Of a DNA stretch of 64,000 nucleotides, positions 1-9,995 are shown piece by piece. The notes below the pieces were generated by a model. It was not told where the DNA came from. It saw only the letters and a program-made list of their open reading frames with translations, and did not search any database. The translations under genes were made by a program, and so were the position numbers. How positions within the stretch are numbered: the stretch's first letter is position 1; the number at the start of each line of letters is the position of its first letter. This DNA is from Patescibacteria group bacterium UBA4787 (GTDB lineage: Bacteria > Patescibacteriota > Patescibacteriia > UBA2591 > UBA4787), in assembly GCA_002402995.1 (NCBI GenBank), contig DHGX01000001.1, positions 12,850-76,849 on the forward strand. The letters run 5' to 3'.

Positions 1-1279
1 TTTTTTTAAATTCTTCTCGCAGGTCTGCTTCTGAGACGTTGATTGTGTCGGCAAATTTTTTGAGCCAAAAATTTCTATCCATTGCATCGCCCAATTTTGC
101 CAAAGCGGGAAAAAATATTTTTTTCGCCTCTTTAATGTCAGCAGAAAATGAAAAATCTTTTCCGCTATTAGCTTTTATAAAATAATACTCCATAATCGGC
201 TGAGCTGATCTAACCGCTTTTTCCCAAAGGTCTTTGCCCTGTGACGAAGACTTCAAACATTCATCAGGATCTTTACCCGAAGGAATGGAAATAATCTTCA
301 CTTCCATTTCTTCTTGAAGGGCCAATTCAATGCCGCGATTAACCGCGTTTTGACCAGCTAAATCAAAGTCAAAGGCTAAGAGTAAATTATTAGTATAACG
401 CTTCAAAAGCATAATTTGTTCATGGGTAAAAGCAGTGCCAGAAGAAGCAACTGTATTTTTAAAACCGAACTGATGACAAGCAATCACGTCCATATTGCCC
501 TCTACGATAATAGCGGCGTTTTCTTTTTTAATATCAACCTTGGCTTTATCTAAGCCATAAATAACGCGACCCTTGCTGTAAATAAGCGTTTCCGACGTGT
601 TAATATATTTAGCGACCTCTTTCTCGTTCTTCACGCCAGGTAAAATTCTGGAGGTAAAGCCGACCACCCGACCGTGTAGATCTTGAATAGGAAAAATAAT
701 CCGATTGCGAAAACGTTCAAAATAACTTCCGCTTCCTTTAATAATTAAACCCGCTGCTTCCACGTCCGTTAAATTTACTTTGCGATTCTCAAAAAATTTA
801 ACAAGGCTGCCGGACAGATCAGGCGCGAAGCCGAGTTTGAAAATTTCGATCACGGCAGGAGATATGTCCCTTTTTCTTAAATAAGCTCGAGCGTTTTCTG
901 CTACCGGCGAACTTTCTAAAATTTTCTGATAAAAACGGCTGGCCAAATCGCAAACTTCTAGAAGCTTGTTCTTTTGATTTGTAGAAACTTTTTGTTCGCT
1001 TGATAAAACCACGCCGGCCTTGGCGGCCAAAATTTTCAAAACCTCAGGGAATTCAATTCCTTCTATTTCTTTTAAAAAAGTGAATATGTCGCCGCCCTTG
1101 CCGCAACCAAAACAATGCCAGATCTGCTTTTCAGAGGAAACTAAAAACGATGGCGTCTTTTCGTGATGGAAAGGACAAAGCGCCCGATAATTGGCGCCTG
1201 CCGATTTAAGCTGTATATACTCGGAAATTAATTCAACGATATCAAGTTTAGATTTAATTTCTTCTATTTGATCAGCCAT
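1..1279 (-). CDS. dnaG: DNA primase DnaG, N-terminal zinc-finger and TOPRIM part; C-terminal end runs off the window start
   Basis: Hand translation of the reverse strand from ATG at 1277-1279 gives MADQIEEIKSKLDIVELISEYIQLKSAGANYRALCPFHHEKTPSF (CHC2 zinc finger), followed by a TOPRIM-like segment (IIVEGNMDVIACHQFGFKN). Not in the ORF track because no stop lies inside the window. Confidence 0.85.
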   Translation of the reverse strand, partial: MADQIEEIKSKLDIVELISEYIQLKSAGANYRALCPFHHEKTPSFLVSSEKQIWHCFGCGKGGDIFTFLKEIEGIEFPEVLKILAAKAGVVLSSEQKVSTNQKNKLLEVCDLASRFYQKILESSPVAENARAYLRKRDISPAVIEIFKLGFAPDLSGSLVKFFENRKVNLTDVEAAGLIIKGSGSYFERFRNRIIFPIQDLHGRVVGFTSRILPGVKNEKEVAKYINTSETLIYSKGRVIYGLDKAKVDIKKENAAIIVEGNMDVIACHQFGFKNTVASSGTAFTHEQIMLLKRYTNNLLLAFDFDLAGQNAVNRGIELALQEEMEVKIISIPSGKDPDECLKSSSQGKDLWEKAVRSAQPIMEYYFIKANSGKDFSFSADIKEAKKIFFPALAKLGDAMDRNFWLKKFADTINVSEADLREEFKK

Positions 1280-1526
1280 CTAACTAAGAATTACAAATTG
1301 GTTAAACTTTTCCGTTTGACAACAATTGTCTAATGAAATTATATAAAAAATAAGACGTTGGGTCAAATTTGTGATTATTGATCGAGGATTGGAATATTTA
1401 AACAATAAATACGCGCAAAACGTCGCGCAATTCTTCGGTTTTTGGGCTTCGATGACATTATTGAGACTAATCTTTTTTATCTTTGACAAAATAAGATCAA
1501 ATATGAATTAACAATTTCTAAATATA

Positions 1527-2297
1527 CTAAAATAGTTTCCCGGGATGTTCGACTTCTTTGATTGCTTGACGATAATTGCAATAATCGCAGCCAGGAGCAG
1601 GAGCGGGCGGTTCATTTTTCACTAAACATTCTCGCGCTTTTAAAAGTGTTTCTTCGATCCAGCTGTCATCGCCGAGGTAAGGAATCAATTTAATTTCAAA
1701 CTCCAGTTTGCCGTCAAATGCCTTTCTGTCGGTTTGACCGTTACAATAAACGAAATAAGCCGTTTTAGACACCTTGAAGCCATTTTTTCTAAAAAGCCAT
1801 TGATATATCTCTACTTGTCTTTTATATCCCCCCTGCCACTCCGCATCAAGATTAATTTCAGAATTCTTGGCTGTGGCCTTATAATCCACAATAATTAATT
1901 CTTTTTGTTTATTGATCCATAAATCGTCAATGCCGCCGGTAACCAAAAAATTGGTCAACGGATGGCAATATTGAATTCCGCCGCGCAAGGCATCACGCCA
2001 GAGGTCCATTTTTTCGTGAGTAAACGGCACAGCTTCAACGCCGTAAGCTTCCATAAGAGGGTGTGTGGTTTTTTTCGCTCGATGAATATCGAATTCTTTT
2101 TTAAGTAGTATGTCAACTGCCGAATTTAGAGTAAAAGGAAATCCCGGTGGACGCGACACGCCGAATCGGCGGTCAGAATAAAAACAGTATGGACACTCAA
2201 AAAATAAATCTATTTTAGATCTACTTAATCTAAAGGGTTCCTTGTTATTGGGATTATAAAGATTTTTGATGCGTCTTGGTTTATAATATTCTGACAT
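1527..2297 (-). CDS. PD-(D/E)XK family nuclease, Cas4/DUF83-like, with an N-terminal CPYC and a C-terminal CDYC cysteine pair
   Basis: 256 aa ORF. The IIVDYKATAK motif fits the D-x-K nuclease core, and the four Cys are placed as in Cas4/RecB-type Fe-S nucleases. No cas genes are nearby. Confidence 0.45.
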   Translation of the reverse strand: MSEYYKPRRIKNLYNPNNKEPFRLSRSKIDLFFECPYCFYSDRRFGVSRPPGFPFTLNSAVDILLKKEFDIHRAKKTTHPLMEAYGVEAVPFTHEKMDLWRDALRGGIQYCHPLTNFLVTGGIDDLWINKQKELIIVDYKATAKNSEINLDAEWQGGYKRQVEIYQWLFRKNGFKVSKTAYFVYCNGQTDRKAFDGKLEFEIKLIPYLGDDSWIEETLLKARECLVKNEPPAPAPGCDYCNYRQAIKEVEHPGKLF

Positions 2298-2342
2298 AAT
2301 GAATTAAAAATTATTTTTAAAGCCTACTATATAATAAATAGT

Positions 2343-3059
2343 CTAAGTTTGCATTAGCTTGATTATATATTCCCTGGCCTTTAATTGATCTTCAAGGCTA
2401 TTCTCTACCTCTAAAGCGATAAATTTGGGGAAATATTTAAGAGAATATCTTTTAAGATAATCAAACTCTGACAACTCTTTAAAAAAATGCCAATCGTATT
2501 GAGCTTGGCGAACGTGGCGATAACGGCTATATTTTGGCTTTGAACTAATGGCGCTAATATGAGCACAGCCAATTTTAGATTTTTTTATCACTTCAAAATT
2601 ATGACAGTAAGCACCCTGATCAACAAGACGGTCATTCTCTAAGTGCGCAAAATCAAAACAAAGACCAGCGACTTTTTTCAATTCGGATAGATCCAATAAA
2701 ATAGCGGAGTTTTCGATATAAATTTTGTTTTTATATTTTGACAGGTCAAAGAGCGGAGGATATTTTGAATGCCGAGGAGAATGTATATTAAGCGCTTTAG
2801 TCTTATATCTTTTAATTAAAAATTCGACCTCTTTGACGTCCGAATCACTCCTTAAATGAACAAAAGGGATGCGCTGCAATTTAGTTTTAACTAAAAGACT
2901 GTAAAGCTTTTTTCTTTGCGCGGGATTTACGTTGGTTAAAAATAGGGCCACTTCTTTAATCGATAACTTGTCAATTTCTTTGATCTTTTTCTGCCAACCA
3001 GACGGGGTCAAAGTAGTAATAGATAGTAAAATTTTCCTAGAATTTATAAATTTATTCAT
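2343..3059 (-). CDS. hypothetical protein; possibly a xylose-isomerase-like TIM-barrel (AP endonuclease 2-like) fold
   Basis: 238 aa ORF. GLCFDFAHLEND resembles the G-x-C-x-D-x-x-H metal-site motif of sugar-phosphate isomerase/endonuclease IV-like barrels. The similarity is weak. Confidence 0.3.
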   Translation of the reverse strand: MNKFINSRKILLSITTLTPSGWQKKIKEIDKLSIKEVALFLTNVNPAQRKKLYSLLVKTKLQRIPFVHLRSDSDVKEVEFLIKRYKTKALNIHSPRHSKYPPLFDLSKYKNKIYIENSAILLDLSELKKVAGLCFDFAHLENDRLVDQGAYCHNFEVIKKSKIGCAHISAISSKPKYSRYRHVRQAQYDWHFFKELSEFDYLKRYSLKYFPKFIALEVENSLEDQLKAREYIIKLMQT

Positions 3060-3150
3060 TTTGTATTTTTGTGTCGCGAAACTGTCAAATTATAACTTAG
3101 AGCCTAAATTTAGCAAACGGCCAATATTTCTGATGCTAGTAAATATTTTA

Positions 3151-3798
3151 CTAAATTTTGATTTTTATTGCGCCTTGACGCAGAATTTTGATTTTTCTAT
3201 TTTTTATCTCCAACAAAGTTGACGGTAATGAATCTAATTTCCCTTCGTCCAAATAAAATTCAGCACGACAACCAAAATACTTTTTGGCCTCTTTGATGGT
3301 TTTGGCTGGTTTTAAGCCTTCGGGGTTGGCGCTCGGTGCAGTCAATGGCCCGACTTGTTTCAAAATTTTTATTAAAGAGGCTTTTTTAGGTAAACGAAAA
3401 GCCAGAGTATTTGTTCCGCGATGCAAATAAAAAAAATGCTTATGTGGACAATTTAAAATAACACTGATTCGGCCGGGCCACAATTTACTTAGGACTTTTC
3501 GCACAGTCGAACTGATTTTGATATTAAATAAATTTAAATCTTTCAGAGAAGAAATTAAAATAATTAAAGGCTTTCTAGGTTGCCGCCCCTTAATTTGATA
3601 AACTCTCCTCACGGTTTTTTTATTTAAGGCTTGGCCGACTAAACCATAGAGCGTGTCAGTTGCTATAACGCCCACTCCGCCTTGTTTCAAAACTTCAATA
3701 ATCACCGAATGATCAAGCTTTTTATTTTTTAACACTCCTTCGTTAGATAAAATGCGAAAATTTTTCTTCATAATAAAATCTTTATTATTCCTATACAT
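3151..3798 (-). CDS. tsaC: L-threonylcarbamoyladenylate synthase, TsaC/YrdC/Sua5 family
   Basis: ATDTLYGLVG and APSANPEG motifs of the YrdC domain. The true start is probably the second Met (MKKNFRIL, ~3771). Confidence 0.7.
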   Translation of the reverse strand: MYRNNKDFIMKKNFRILSNEGVLKNKKLDHSVIIEVLKQGGVGVIATDTLYGLVGQALNKKTVRRVYQIKGRQPRKPLIILISSLKDLNLFNIKISSTVRKVLSKLWPGRISVILNCPHKHFFYLHRGTNTLAFRLPKKASLIKILKQVGPLTAPSANPEGLKPAKTIKEAKKYFGCRAEFYLDEGKLDSLPSTLLEIKNRKIKILRQGAIKIKI

Positions 3799-3924
3799 AA
3801 TCGGCTCAATACATTAATTAATTGCCCTTGTCTCAAGAAAAAAGCGCTCGAAAATTGAATGCTTTTTAGAAATTTAGACGCATTAATCTAAATTAAAAAT
3901 CTAATTTATTTGCTTATTTTAATA

Positions 3925-4785
3925 TTATTTTCCGTCTATTTTCGCGGTAATTTTTGATAAGGATTCTTGAAATTCTTCTATGCGCTCCCCAAGCTCTTGC
4001 GGCAATTCCGGGTCTAGTTTTAAGGCGCGAATTTGATTTTGCAATAAACCAACAAAAAAACTAAAAAGATCTTTCTCGTATTGAGAAGCTTTGTCTAAAT
4101 CCGGAATGAATTCTTTCATGCCATGATTAATATAACTTACCGGCAAGGCTAAATAAAAAATGGGGATATTTTTGATGCTTGTTTTATTAATGGAAAGTTT
4201 TTGAGTTTCTTTGTCTTCTTTAATAACAAGGCCATATTTTAAGGTAGATCCGCCACGACGATCTTTTTCTAAGATTTTTCTTTCTTTCTCGCGAAAAACA
4301 TCACCAGAAGTATCACCCACTTCATCCAGCGCACAAATCACATTGCCATTCGTCTTATCCACAATAACATTATCAATACCGTTCTTGATATCATCATAAC
4401 GCGAAGACCTCGCCACCACGAATTCTCCTCTCAAAAATTTATGGAAAACGGAGGTTTTTAACATCTCTAACTTTTCACCCCATGTATTCTTCCTGCGTTT
4501 TTCTCTCTCGCGCCAACCGAGCCCATGATAGAACATATCCTCGCAGTACCTAACATATTCTCTATCTCTCGCAACGGCTTCGCGCGAATTATAATCTTCA
4601 ACGAAGGCATTTATGTCAATGCGGCAATCTGATTCAACCGGAATGTTTTGCTTTTTTAAATCATCATAAATTTTGCGCATAAACTCGAGCATCTTTTCAG
4701 AATCCTTTTTATGCTCAGGGCTGTTAGCATCTATCTTTTCGTCTTTATTGTGAGATCCAGATTGTTCGGGCAGTTCAAATTTCAT
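3925..4785 (-). CDS. hypothetical protein (286 aa, charged, no recognisable domain)
   Basis: Long ORF in the local gene orientation. Its stop region is followed by a family-A repeat copy. Confidence 0.4.
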   Translation of the reverse strand: MKFELPEQSGSHNKDEKIDANSPEHKKDSEKMLEFMRKIYDDLKKQNIPVESDCRIDINAFVEDYNSREAVARDREYVRYCEDMFYHGLGWREREKRRKNTWGEKLEMLKTSVFHKFLRGEFVVARSSRYDDIKNGIDNVIVDKTNGNVICALDEVGDTSGDVFREKERKILEKDRRGGSTLKYGLVIKEDKETQKLSINKTSIKNIPIFYLALPVSYINHGMKEFIPDLDKASQYEKDLFSFFVGLLQNQIRALKLDPELPQELGERIEEFQESLSKITAKIDGK

Positions 4786-4861
4786 AAAAAATTTATAGAT
4801 ATTAATTATTTAATAATTATACAACAATTTCCTGCTTGCGACAAAGCTTATCTATTATTTT

Positions 4862-4945
4862 AATAAAGGGTGTCAACCCTGTGTTATCCGCGCTCGCTCG
4901 GAAGAGTAAATAAATTTACTCTTCACTCATTCGCTTGATAATAAA
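4862..4945 (+). repeat. family A intergenic repeat, short form, copy A1
   Basis: aataaagggtgtcaaccctgtgttatccgcgctcgctcggaagagtaaataaatttactcttcactcattcgcttgataataaa. Inner palindrome gaagagtaaat/atttactcttc. Overlaps the HAD gene stop. Confidence 0.8.
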
Positions 4946-5595
4946 TTTTTTACCAATTGCGACATCTCCTGAAAATCTCTAACAATATAATCGGCGCCGG
5001 CCTTTTTAAGTTTATTTCTCGAGAACGTGTGAGTAATACCAATTACTATACAACCAGCTCTTTTGGCCGAAATCACTCCGTTAACCGAATCTTCCACAAC
5101 CAAGCATCTCGCGGACGGAATCCTAAGTTTTTTGACCGTTTTTAAATATGGCTCCGGGTCTGGCTTGCCGTTGACAATATCCTCCACCGTTATAACCAAA
5201 TCAAAAAAACTATGAAGCGCGAATTTATCAAAAACCATTTTTTGCGACCGCTTATGACCCGATGTTGTTAGCGCTAATTTATCAAACATTTTTCTAGCTC
5301 GCTTAATAAACAACATGGCTCCCGGGAAAAGTTTAATACTTGAAGAAGCGATTTTGACATAGGTATTCTTTTCATAAGAAATCAATTCCTGAACTCTTAA
5401 TGGCCGCTTGGCGAAATTTTTAAGAATATAGGTAAAAATAGCCAAAGAAGGTTTCCCTTTAAATTTTTTCCATTCGGTTAATGGAACCTTTATGTTATAT
5501 TTTTTCAAAACTAATAATTCTGCTTTCTGGTGAAGCGGCTCAGAATCAGTCAGCACGCCGTCCATATCAAAGATAATCGCCTTAAGTAATGACAT
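4927..5595 (-). CDS. HAD-superfamily hydrolase (beta-phosphoglucomutase-like)
   Basis: N-terminal IIFDMDGVLTDSE HAD motif I and a C-terminal VEDSVNG motif. The last codons and stop lie inside a family-A repeat. Confidence 0.75.
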   Translation of the reverse strand: MSLLKAIIFDMDGVLTDSEPLHQKAELLVLKKYNIKVPLTEWKKFKGKPSLAIFTYILKNFAKRPLRVQELISYEKNTYVKIASSSIKLFPGAMLFIKRARKMFDKLALTTSGHKRSQKMVFDKFALHSFFDLVITVEDIVNGKPDPEPYLKTVKKLRIPSARCLVVEDSVNGVISAKRAGCIVIGITHTFSRNKLKKAGADYIVRDFQEMSQLVKNLLSSE

Positions 5596-5608
5596 ATTAT
5601 TTCTTGGC

Positions 5609-5724
5609 TAATAAAGGATATTAAGCCCTGTGTTTGTTTCGCTCGCCCCGCCTTGACTCGCATCGGCGAGGCAGGTCGGAAAAGCAAATTCATTTGCTTT
5701 TCCCTCACTTGCTCACAAATAAAA
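5609..5724 (+). repeat. family A intergenic repeat, long form, copy A2
   Basis: Near-identical to 11239-11353. Lies between the HAD gene start and the methyltransferase gene stop. Confidence 0.8.
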
Positions 5725-6406
5725 TTTGATTAATCCAATTATTTTTCTCTTTAACAAAAACCTCTTTTTCAATATTGAAGGCCGTTTCAGTTAAAACTTT
5801 TCTTACTTCTTCCGGCCGGTGATAATACGATTCAATTTTAATCGAACCCCCTCTAGTGTCAACCTTCGGTGATCCTTTTTGATTAATATTTGTTAACAAA
5901 AAAAGGCCGTCGTTCTTCAAGATGCGATAAACTTCATTAAAATATTTAGTTAAATCCTTCAAATGAATGATCAAAAAAGTCGAAACAACTAAATCAAAAC
6001 TTTTGTCCTTAAACAACAAATTTTCCGCATCGCCAATGATTATTTTAATCAAAAGATTTTTACGATGCAAAACCTCCAACATTTTTCTAGAAACATCCAA
6101 AGCCGTTACCTTAGCGCCTTTTTGAGCTAAAATATTAGTTAAACGGCCCGTGCCCGCGCCGATATCCAGAACCTCCTTATTTTTTATTTCACCCAATAAT
6201 TCAAAAATTTTTCCTTGTTCAAAACTATTTAAATATTTTTCTTTCTGATCATAAATATCCGCGGCTAAATTATAGCCGCTCTTTGAATCTAAAATTTTTA
6301 TTTTCTTTTTAGACAATTTGAATATATGGTTTTTATTTAGTATCTTCTGTCGTGTCTCGCACAATGCCTTGATGATTAGACCTAAAGCAACATTCTCTGC
6401 CGACAC
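5705..6406 (-). CDS. class I SAM-dependent methyltransferase
   Basis: VLDIGAGTGRLT glycine-rich SAM-binding motif. The annotated N-terminus overlaps the CDF transporter gene end by ~70 bp, so the real start is likely downstream. Confidence 0.65.
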   Translation of the reverse strand: MSAENVALGLIIKALCETRQKILNKNHIFKLSKKKIKILDSKSGYNLAADIYDQKEKYLNSFEQGKIFELLGEIKNKEVLDIGAGTGRLTNILAQKGAKVTALDVSRKMLEVLHRKNLLIKIIIGDAENLLFKDKSFDLVVSTFLIIHLKDLTKYFNEVYRILKNDGLFLLTNINQKGSPKVDTRGGSIKIESYYHRPEEVRKVLTETAFNIEKEVFVKEKNNWINQILFVSK

Positions 6407-7244
6407 AGAATTTTTCTATTTCAATTTCAATCGTAGAGTGATGGATATTATTTTTTTCCAAAATTTCCTTAATAAGTTTTCTAATTTCGCTGGATTTAGC
6501 AAGCAGAACATCTTCAATCAAAACACGGGCAGTTAAGATACTGGTTTCTCCTTCCAGCGACCAGACATGAACATCATAGATTCCTTTTACGCCCTTAGTC
6601 GCCAACACTAATTGTTTTATTTTCTCTGTGTCAACGTGCGAAGGAACTCCTTCAAGAAAAATATTAAAACTTTCTTTTAAGTTTCTAAATACGCCCCAGA
6701 GAATGAAACAGGTAAATCCGATAGTAATTATTGGATCAACAAGATAATTACCCCAAAACTTAATGATTGTTCCGCCGATAAATATCACGACCCAGCCCAG
6801 CACGTCTTCCAGTAAATGCCAAGAAAGGATCTTCTCGTTTTGGCTATGCCCTTTTTTTAATCGGAAAAATCCTATGCCGTTTACAATCACCCCAAAAACC
6901 GCCATTAAAATCATCCCTTCAGCTTTTACGGGTTCGGGTTTAATAAGGCGAGGAATAACATTTAACAATATAAATAAAGATCCTGCTATTAGTACTATCG
7001 CCGCGAAAAACGAAGCGAACAAAGACAATCTTTGATAACCAAAAGTTCTTTTTTTATCCGCGGGCTTTTTACTGATTTTCTCTAAAATCCAGGCGAAAAT
7101 AAGCACTAAGCTGTCGCCGAAATCATGTAAAGCGTTAGATAAAATAGCCAAGCTGTTGGTTAAAAGACCAACTATAACCTCCGCGACAGCAAAAAATATA
7201 TTCAAATATGCCGCGAATTTAATATTGCTTTCTCTGTCTTTCAT
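6333..7244 (-). CDS. cation diffusion facilitator (CzcD-like) metal efflux transporter
   Basis: Six predicted TM helices, an LHDFGDS motif in TM2 and a C-terminal cytoplasmic domain. Confidence 0.75.
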   Translation of the reverse strand: MKDRESNIKFAAYLNIFFAVAEVIVGLLTNSLAILSNALHDFGDSLVLIFAWILEKISKKPADKKRTFGYQRLSLFASFFAAIVLIAGSLFILLNVIPRLIKPEPVKAEGMILMAVFGVIVNGIGFFRLKKGHSQNEKILSWHLLEDVLGWVVIFIGGTIIKFWGNYLVDPIITIGFTCFILWGVFRNLKESFNIFLEGVPSHVDTEKIKQLVLATKGVKGIYDVHVWSLEGETSILTARVLIEDVLLAKSSEIRKLIKEILEKNNIHHSTIEIEIEKFCVGRECCFRSNHQGIVRDTTEDTK

Positions 7245-7291
7245 AACGTATTTTAACCATATCTAATTAATTTCTGATGGGCGACGAAAAA

Positions 7292-8059
7292 TTATTCTTT
7301 TGGATATTTATACCATTGGCATTCGTCATTAACACATTTACATTTCAACCCATATATATCTGCGTTATAACAATCTCTGAATTCGCAGGTTGTGATTATC
7401 GGGTCTTCTAATTTCGATCTAGGTTGGCAAACTTGTCCAGAACAACCGCTTTTCATACAATCTTCATCGGTTAAACACCGTCCGCGAGTTGATAAACCGC
7501 AAAAATCATCCTTTGGCTGAGGAGAAACAGCTTTATGTTCGGTTACTTCTATTTCTTTTTCCCATAAAAGATCTATCGGCATATTCTCATATTCAATCCC
7601 AAAAATTTGGATTTTATACTTTCCTTTTCCCGGCGCTTCAATTTTCATATCAATTTCATAATCACAAACACATCTACACATTTTTCCCTCATTTTTTTCT
7701 TTTAATTTAACTAAGGTGTGGTCTGGACGGACTTCTAAAGAATCCAAATAAATCTCCATTTTAGCGCAACAGACATAATTTAAATAATGAGTTAAATTAA
7801 TAAAACCATTATCAATACTGACGTCTACTTTTTGTTCCTTGCCCGAGCCTCTGGTTTTCGTATATTCTTTCGTCTCTTTTTCGCCGCAGCCCCTCACATT
7901 ATAGCTCAATTTTAATATTTCGACCGGTTCGGTGGGCGGGGCGGGAATTGTTGGCGCGGAGACGGCTGTAGGTTTATCCAAATACACAAATAAACTGATT
8001 CCTGCCACGACTACTACGACGACTAAAATTCCATATAACAATTTTTTATTGGTAATCAT
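7292..8059 (-). CDS. membrane-anchored cysteine-rich protein, hypothetical
   Basis: N-terminal TM anchor (LLYGILVVVVVVAGISLFVYL), a Pro-rich linker, and many paired Cys in the C-terminal 70 aa (CGLSTRGRCLTDEDCMKSGCSGQVCQP...). Confidence 0.45.
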   Translation of the reverse strand: MITNKKLLYGILVVVVVVAGISLFVYLDKPTAVSAPTIPAPPTEPVEILKLSYNVRGCGEKETKEYTKTRGSGKEQKVDVSIDNGFINLTHYLNYVCCAKMEIYLDSLEVRPDHTLVKLKEKNEGKMCRCVCDYEIDMKIEAPGKGKYKIQIFGIEYENMPIDLLWEKEIEVTEHKAVSPQPKDDFCGLSTRGRCLTDEDCMKSGCSGQVCQPRSKLEDPIITTCEFRDCYNADIYGLKCKCVNDECQWYKYPKE

Positions 8060-8179
8060 AAAATTAAATAATTCTTATATTAACTTGTATTAAAGGGATG
8101 TATAACGGATTCTGAAAACTGGCGGTACCTGTTTGAAAATATCCCTGTCTACCGGTAGGCAGGCGAACTTTTTTTGACG

Positions 8180-8345
8180 AAAATCCGGATTGCGAACTTT
8201 GGCGCTCCGCTCCGCCGCCCCGCTCGCTGACGCTCGCCGCCCCGCAAAAAAGTTTTCTTCACATTTTCGGATTTGCGCGCGCCGATTTTTTCGGCGACGG
8301 CAATTTTTCGTGCCAGCAAAGCTGGCGCACCGCCTATTTCTTTCC
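8180..8345 (+). repeat. GC-rich repeat family B copy 1 (core hairpin GCCAGCAAAGCTGGC)
   Basis: Shares tcgtgccagcaaagctggcgc(a/g)ccgc with 33595-33620. Sits in an otherwise AT-rich intergenic region. Confidence 0.6.
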
Positions 8346-8520
8346 GGGTTTTCTCATTATAAATAAATATTTGAAACCCCTCAAATAGAAATTAAATTGC
8401 CTTATAATTGAAACTTTTTCCATAAGCCTACTATTTGATTCAATGCCGGTTATTGATCAACGAGGTTGTCGCGTTATTGTTAAGATTGATAATATATTTC
8501 AATGTCTATCCGCGTGTTTT

Positions 8521-8611
8521 TGATAAAGGGTATTAAGCTCTGTGTTGCCGTCGCTCGCTCGGAAGCTAAAAATACTGTTTTTTTTGCTTCACTCACTTGC
8601 TCGGCAATAAA
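8521..8611 (+). repeat. family A intergenic repeat, copy A3
   Basis: tgataaagggtattaagctctgtgtt...gctcgctcgg...cttcactcacttgctcggcaataaaa. Overlaps the stop of the DEAD-box helicase gene. Confidence 0.75.
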
Positions 8612-9923
8612 ATCGGCCGCGTCCATAACTCTTTGATGATTGGGATGGGCGATAAGGAGATCGGTGGCGGTGAGACCCGCCTGCGTGGTCGGAGCCACTT
8701 CGGCGAGGCAGAGACCCGCCGGAACGCGGATATTGACGTAAGTGTTCTAGACCCTGCGGACGCGCTGTTAAAAATTGAGGGGCGCGATGCGGTGGAAGAT
8801 CTGAAACCTCCGAAACAGGAATAATTTTTTTAATCAGACGCTCAATGTCGCGCAATTCTGCGCGCTGATCCGGCATCATAAATGAAATCGCGTGTCCATC
8901 AGCGCCGGCTCTGGCCGTGCGCCCAATCCGATGCACATAGTCTTCGGTGTTGGTCGGCAGGTCATAGTTAATAACCAGTTCAATGCCAACCACATCAATG
9001 CCTCGCGAGGCAATATCAGTAGCAATAAGCACACGATACTTCCCGGATTTGAATCCTTCTAACGCATCGCGGCGCTGGCTTAATGAGCGATTGGAATGGA
9101 TCTCAGCGGCCGTATGGCCGATACCACGCATTGCTTTAGTTAGCCTTTTCGCCCCATGTTTTGTCCGAGTAAAAATAAGTGTCGTTCCGGAATATTGCTG
9201 TAATAATTTTTCTACCAAACGAATTTTGTCTTCCTTCCGGATAATGAATATTTCCTGCGTTACCTGTTCTACTGTTGTCTCGGTAGGAGCCACTTCCACC
9301 CTGATCGGCAGTTTCATATAAGTCGCGGCCATCTTCGTGATTTCGGGCGGTATGGTCGCGGAAAAAAGCATAACTTGTCTTTCTTTCGGCAGCGTATGAA
9401 AAATTTTCTGGATTTGGGGCGCGAATCCCATGTCCAACATACGATCCGCTTCATCTAAAATAATAATACAAACTCTGTCCAGTTTAACTATTCTTTGCTG
9501 GAGATAGTCATTAAGCCGGCCAGGGGTCGCGATGATGATGTGGGGATCTTTAGCTATGGCCTGCAGCTGCGGCCTCATGGCCGCACCGCCAATAATCACT
9601 GCTGTTCTTAGCCCCAGACCAGCGCCGACTTGACGCAAGGCTTCATCCACCTGCATAGCCAGCTCTCGCGTGGGAAGCACTATAAGACCGCGTCCTTTGC
9701 TTTTACAAAGTCGCTGGATCATCGGGATGCCGAAAGCAAGCGTTTTTCCTGTTCCCGTCTGGGCGATGCCAACCATATCTTTCCCTTCCATTGCGATTGG
9801 GATGGCCAACTTTTGTATTGGAGTCGGGTGTTTAAAATGTAATTTTATGAGAACATCATAAATCGCCGGGGCGATACCAAGACCGGAAAACCCATCTGTT
9901 TTTACGATAAAATCATTATTCAT
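8589..9923 (-). CDS. DEAD-box ATP-dependent RNA helicase with an Arg/Ser/Gly-rich C-terminal tail
   Basis: AQTGTGKT, DEAD, SAT and HRIGRTAR motifs. The last seven residues (FYCRASE) and the stop are encoded by repeat A3. Confidence 0.85.
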   Translation of the reverse strand: MNNDFIVKTDGFSGLGIAPAIYDVLIKLHFKHPTPIQKLAIPIAMEGKDMVGIAQTGTGKTLAFGIPMIQRLCKSKGRGLIVLPTRELAMQVDEALRQVGAGLGLRTAVIIGGAAMRPQLQAIAKDPHIIIATPGRLNDYLQQRIVKLDRVCIIILDEADRMLDMGFAPQIQKIFHTLPKERQVMLFSATIPPEITKMAATYMKLPIRVEVAPTETTVEQVTQEIFIIRKEDKIRLVEKLLQQYSGTTLIFTRTKHGAKRLTKAMRGIGHTAAEIHSNRSLSQRRDALEGFKSGKYRVLIATDIASRGIDVVGIELVINYDLPTNTEDYVHRIGRTARAGADGHAISFMMPDQRAELRDIERLIKKIIPVSEVSDLPPHRAPQFLTARPQGLEHLRQYPRSGGSLPRRSGSDHAGGSHRHRSPYRPSQSSKSYGRGRFYCRASE

Positions 9924-9995
9924 AAAATAAAAATATATAAAAAATAACGACGGAATAAGTATCCTTAACGAAACACGAAGCTGGCGACGTGTTCA

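Noticed and set aside
8480-8698. 72-aa minus-strand ORF
   Set aside because: Lies across repeat copy A3 and the 3' end of the helicase gene. Translation is repeat-derived.
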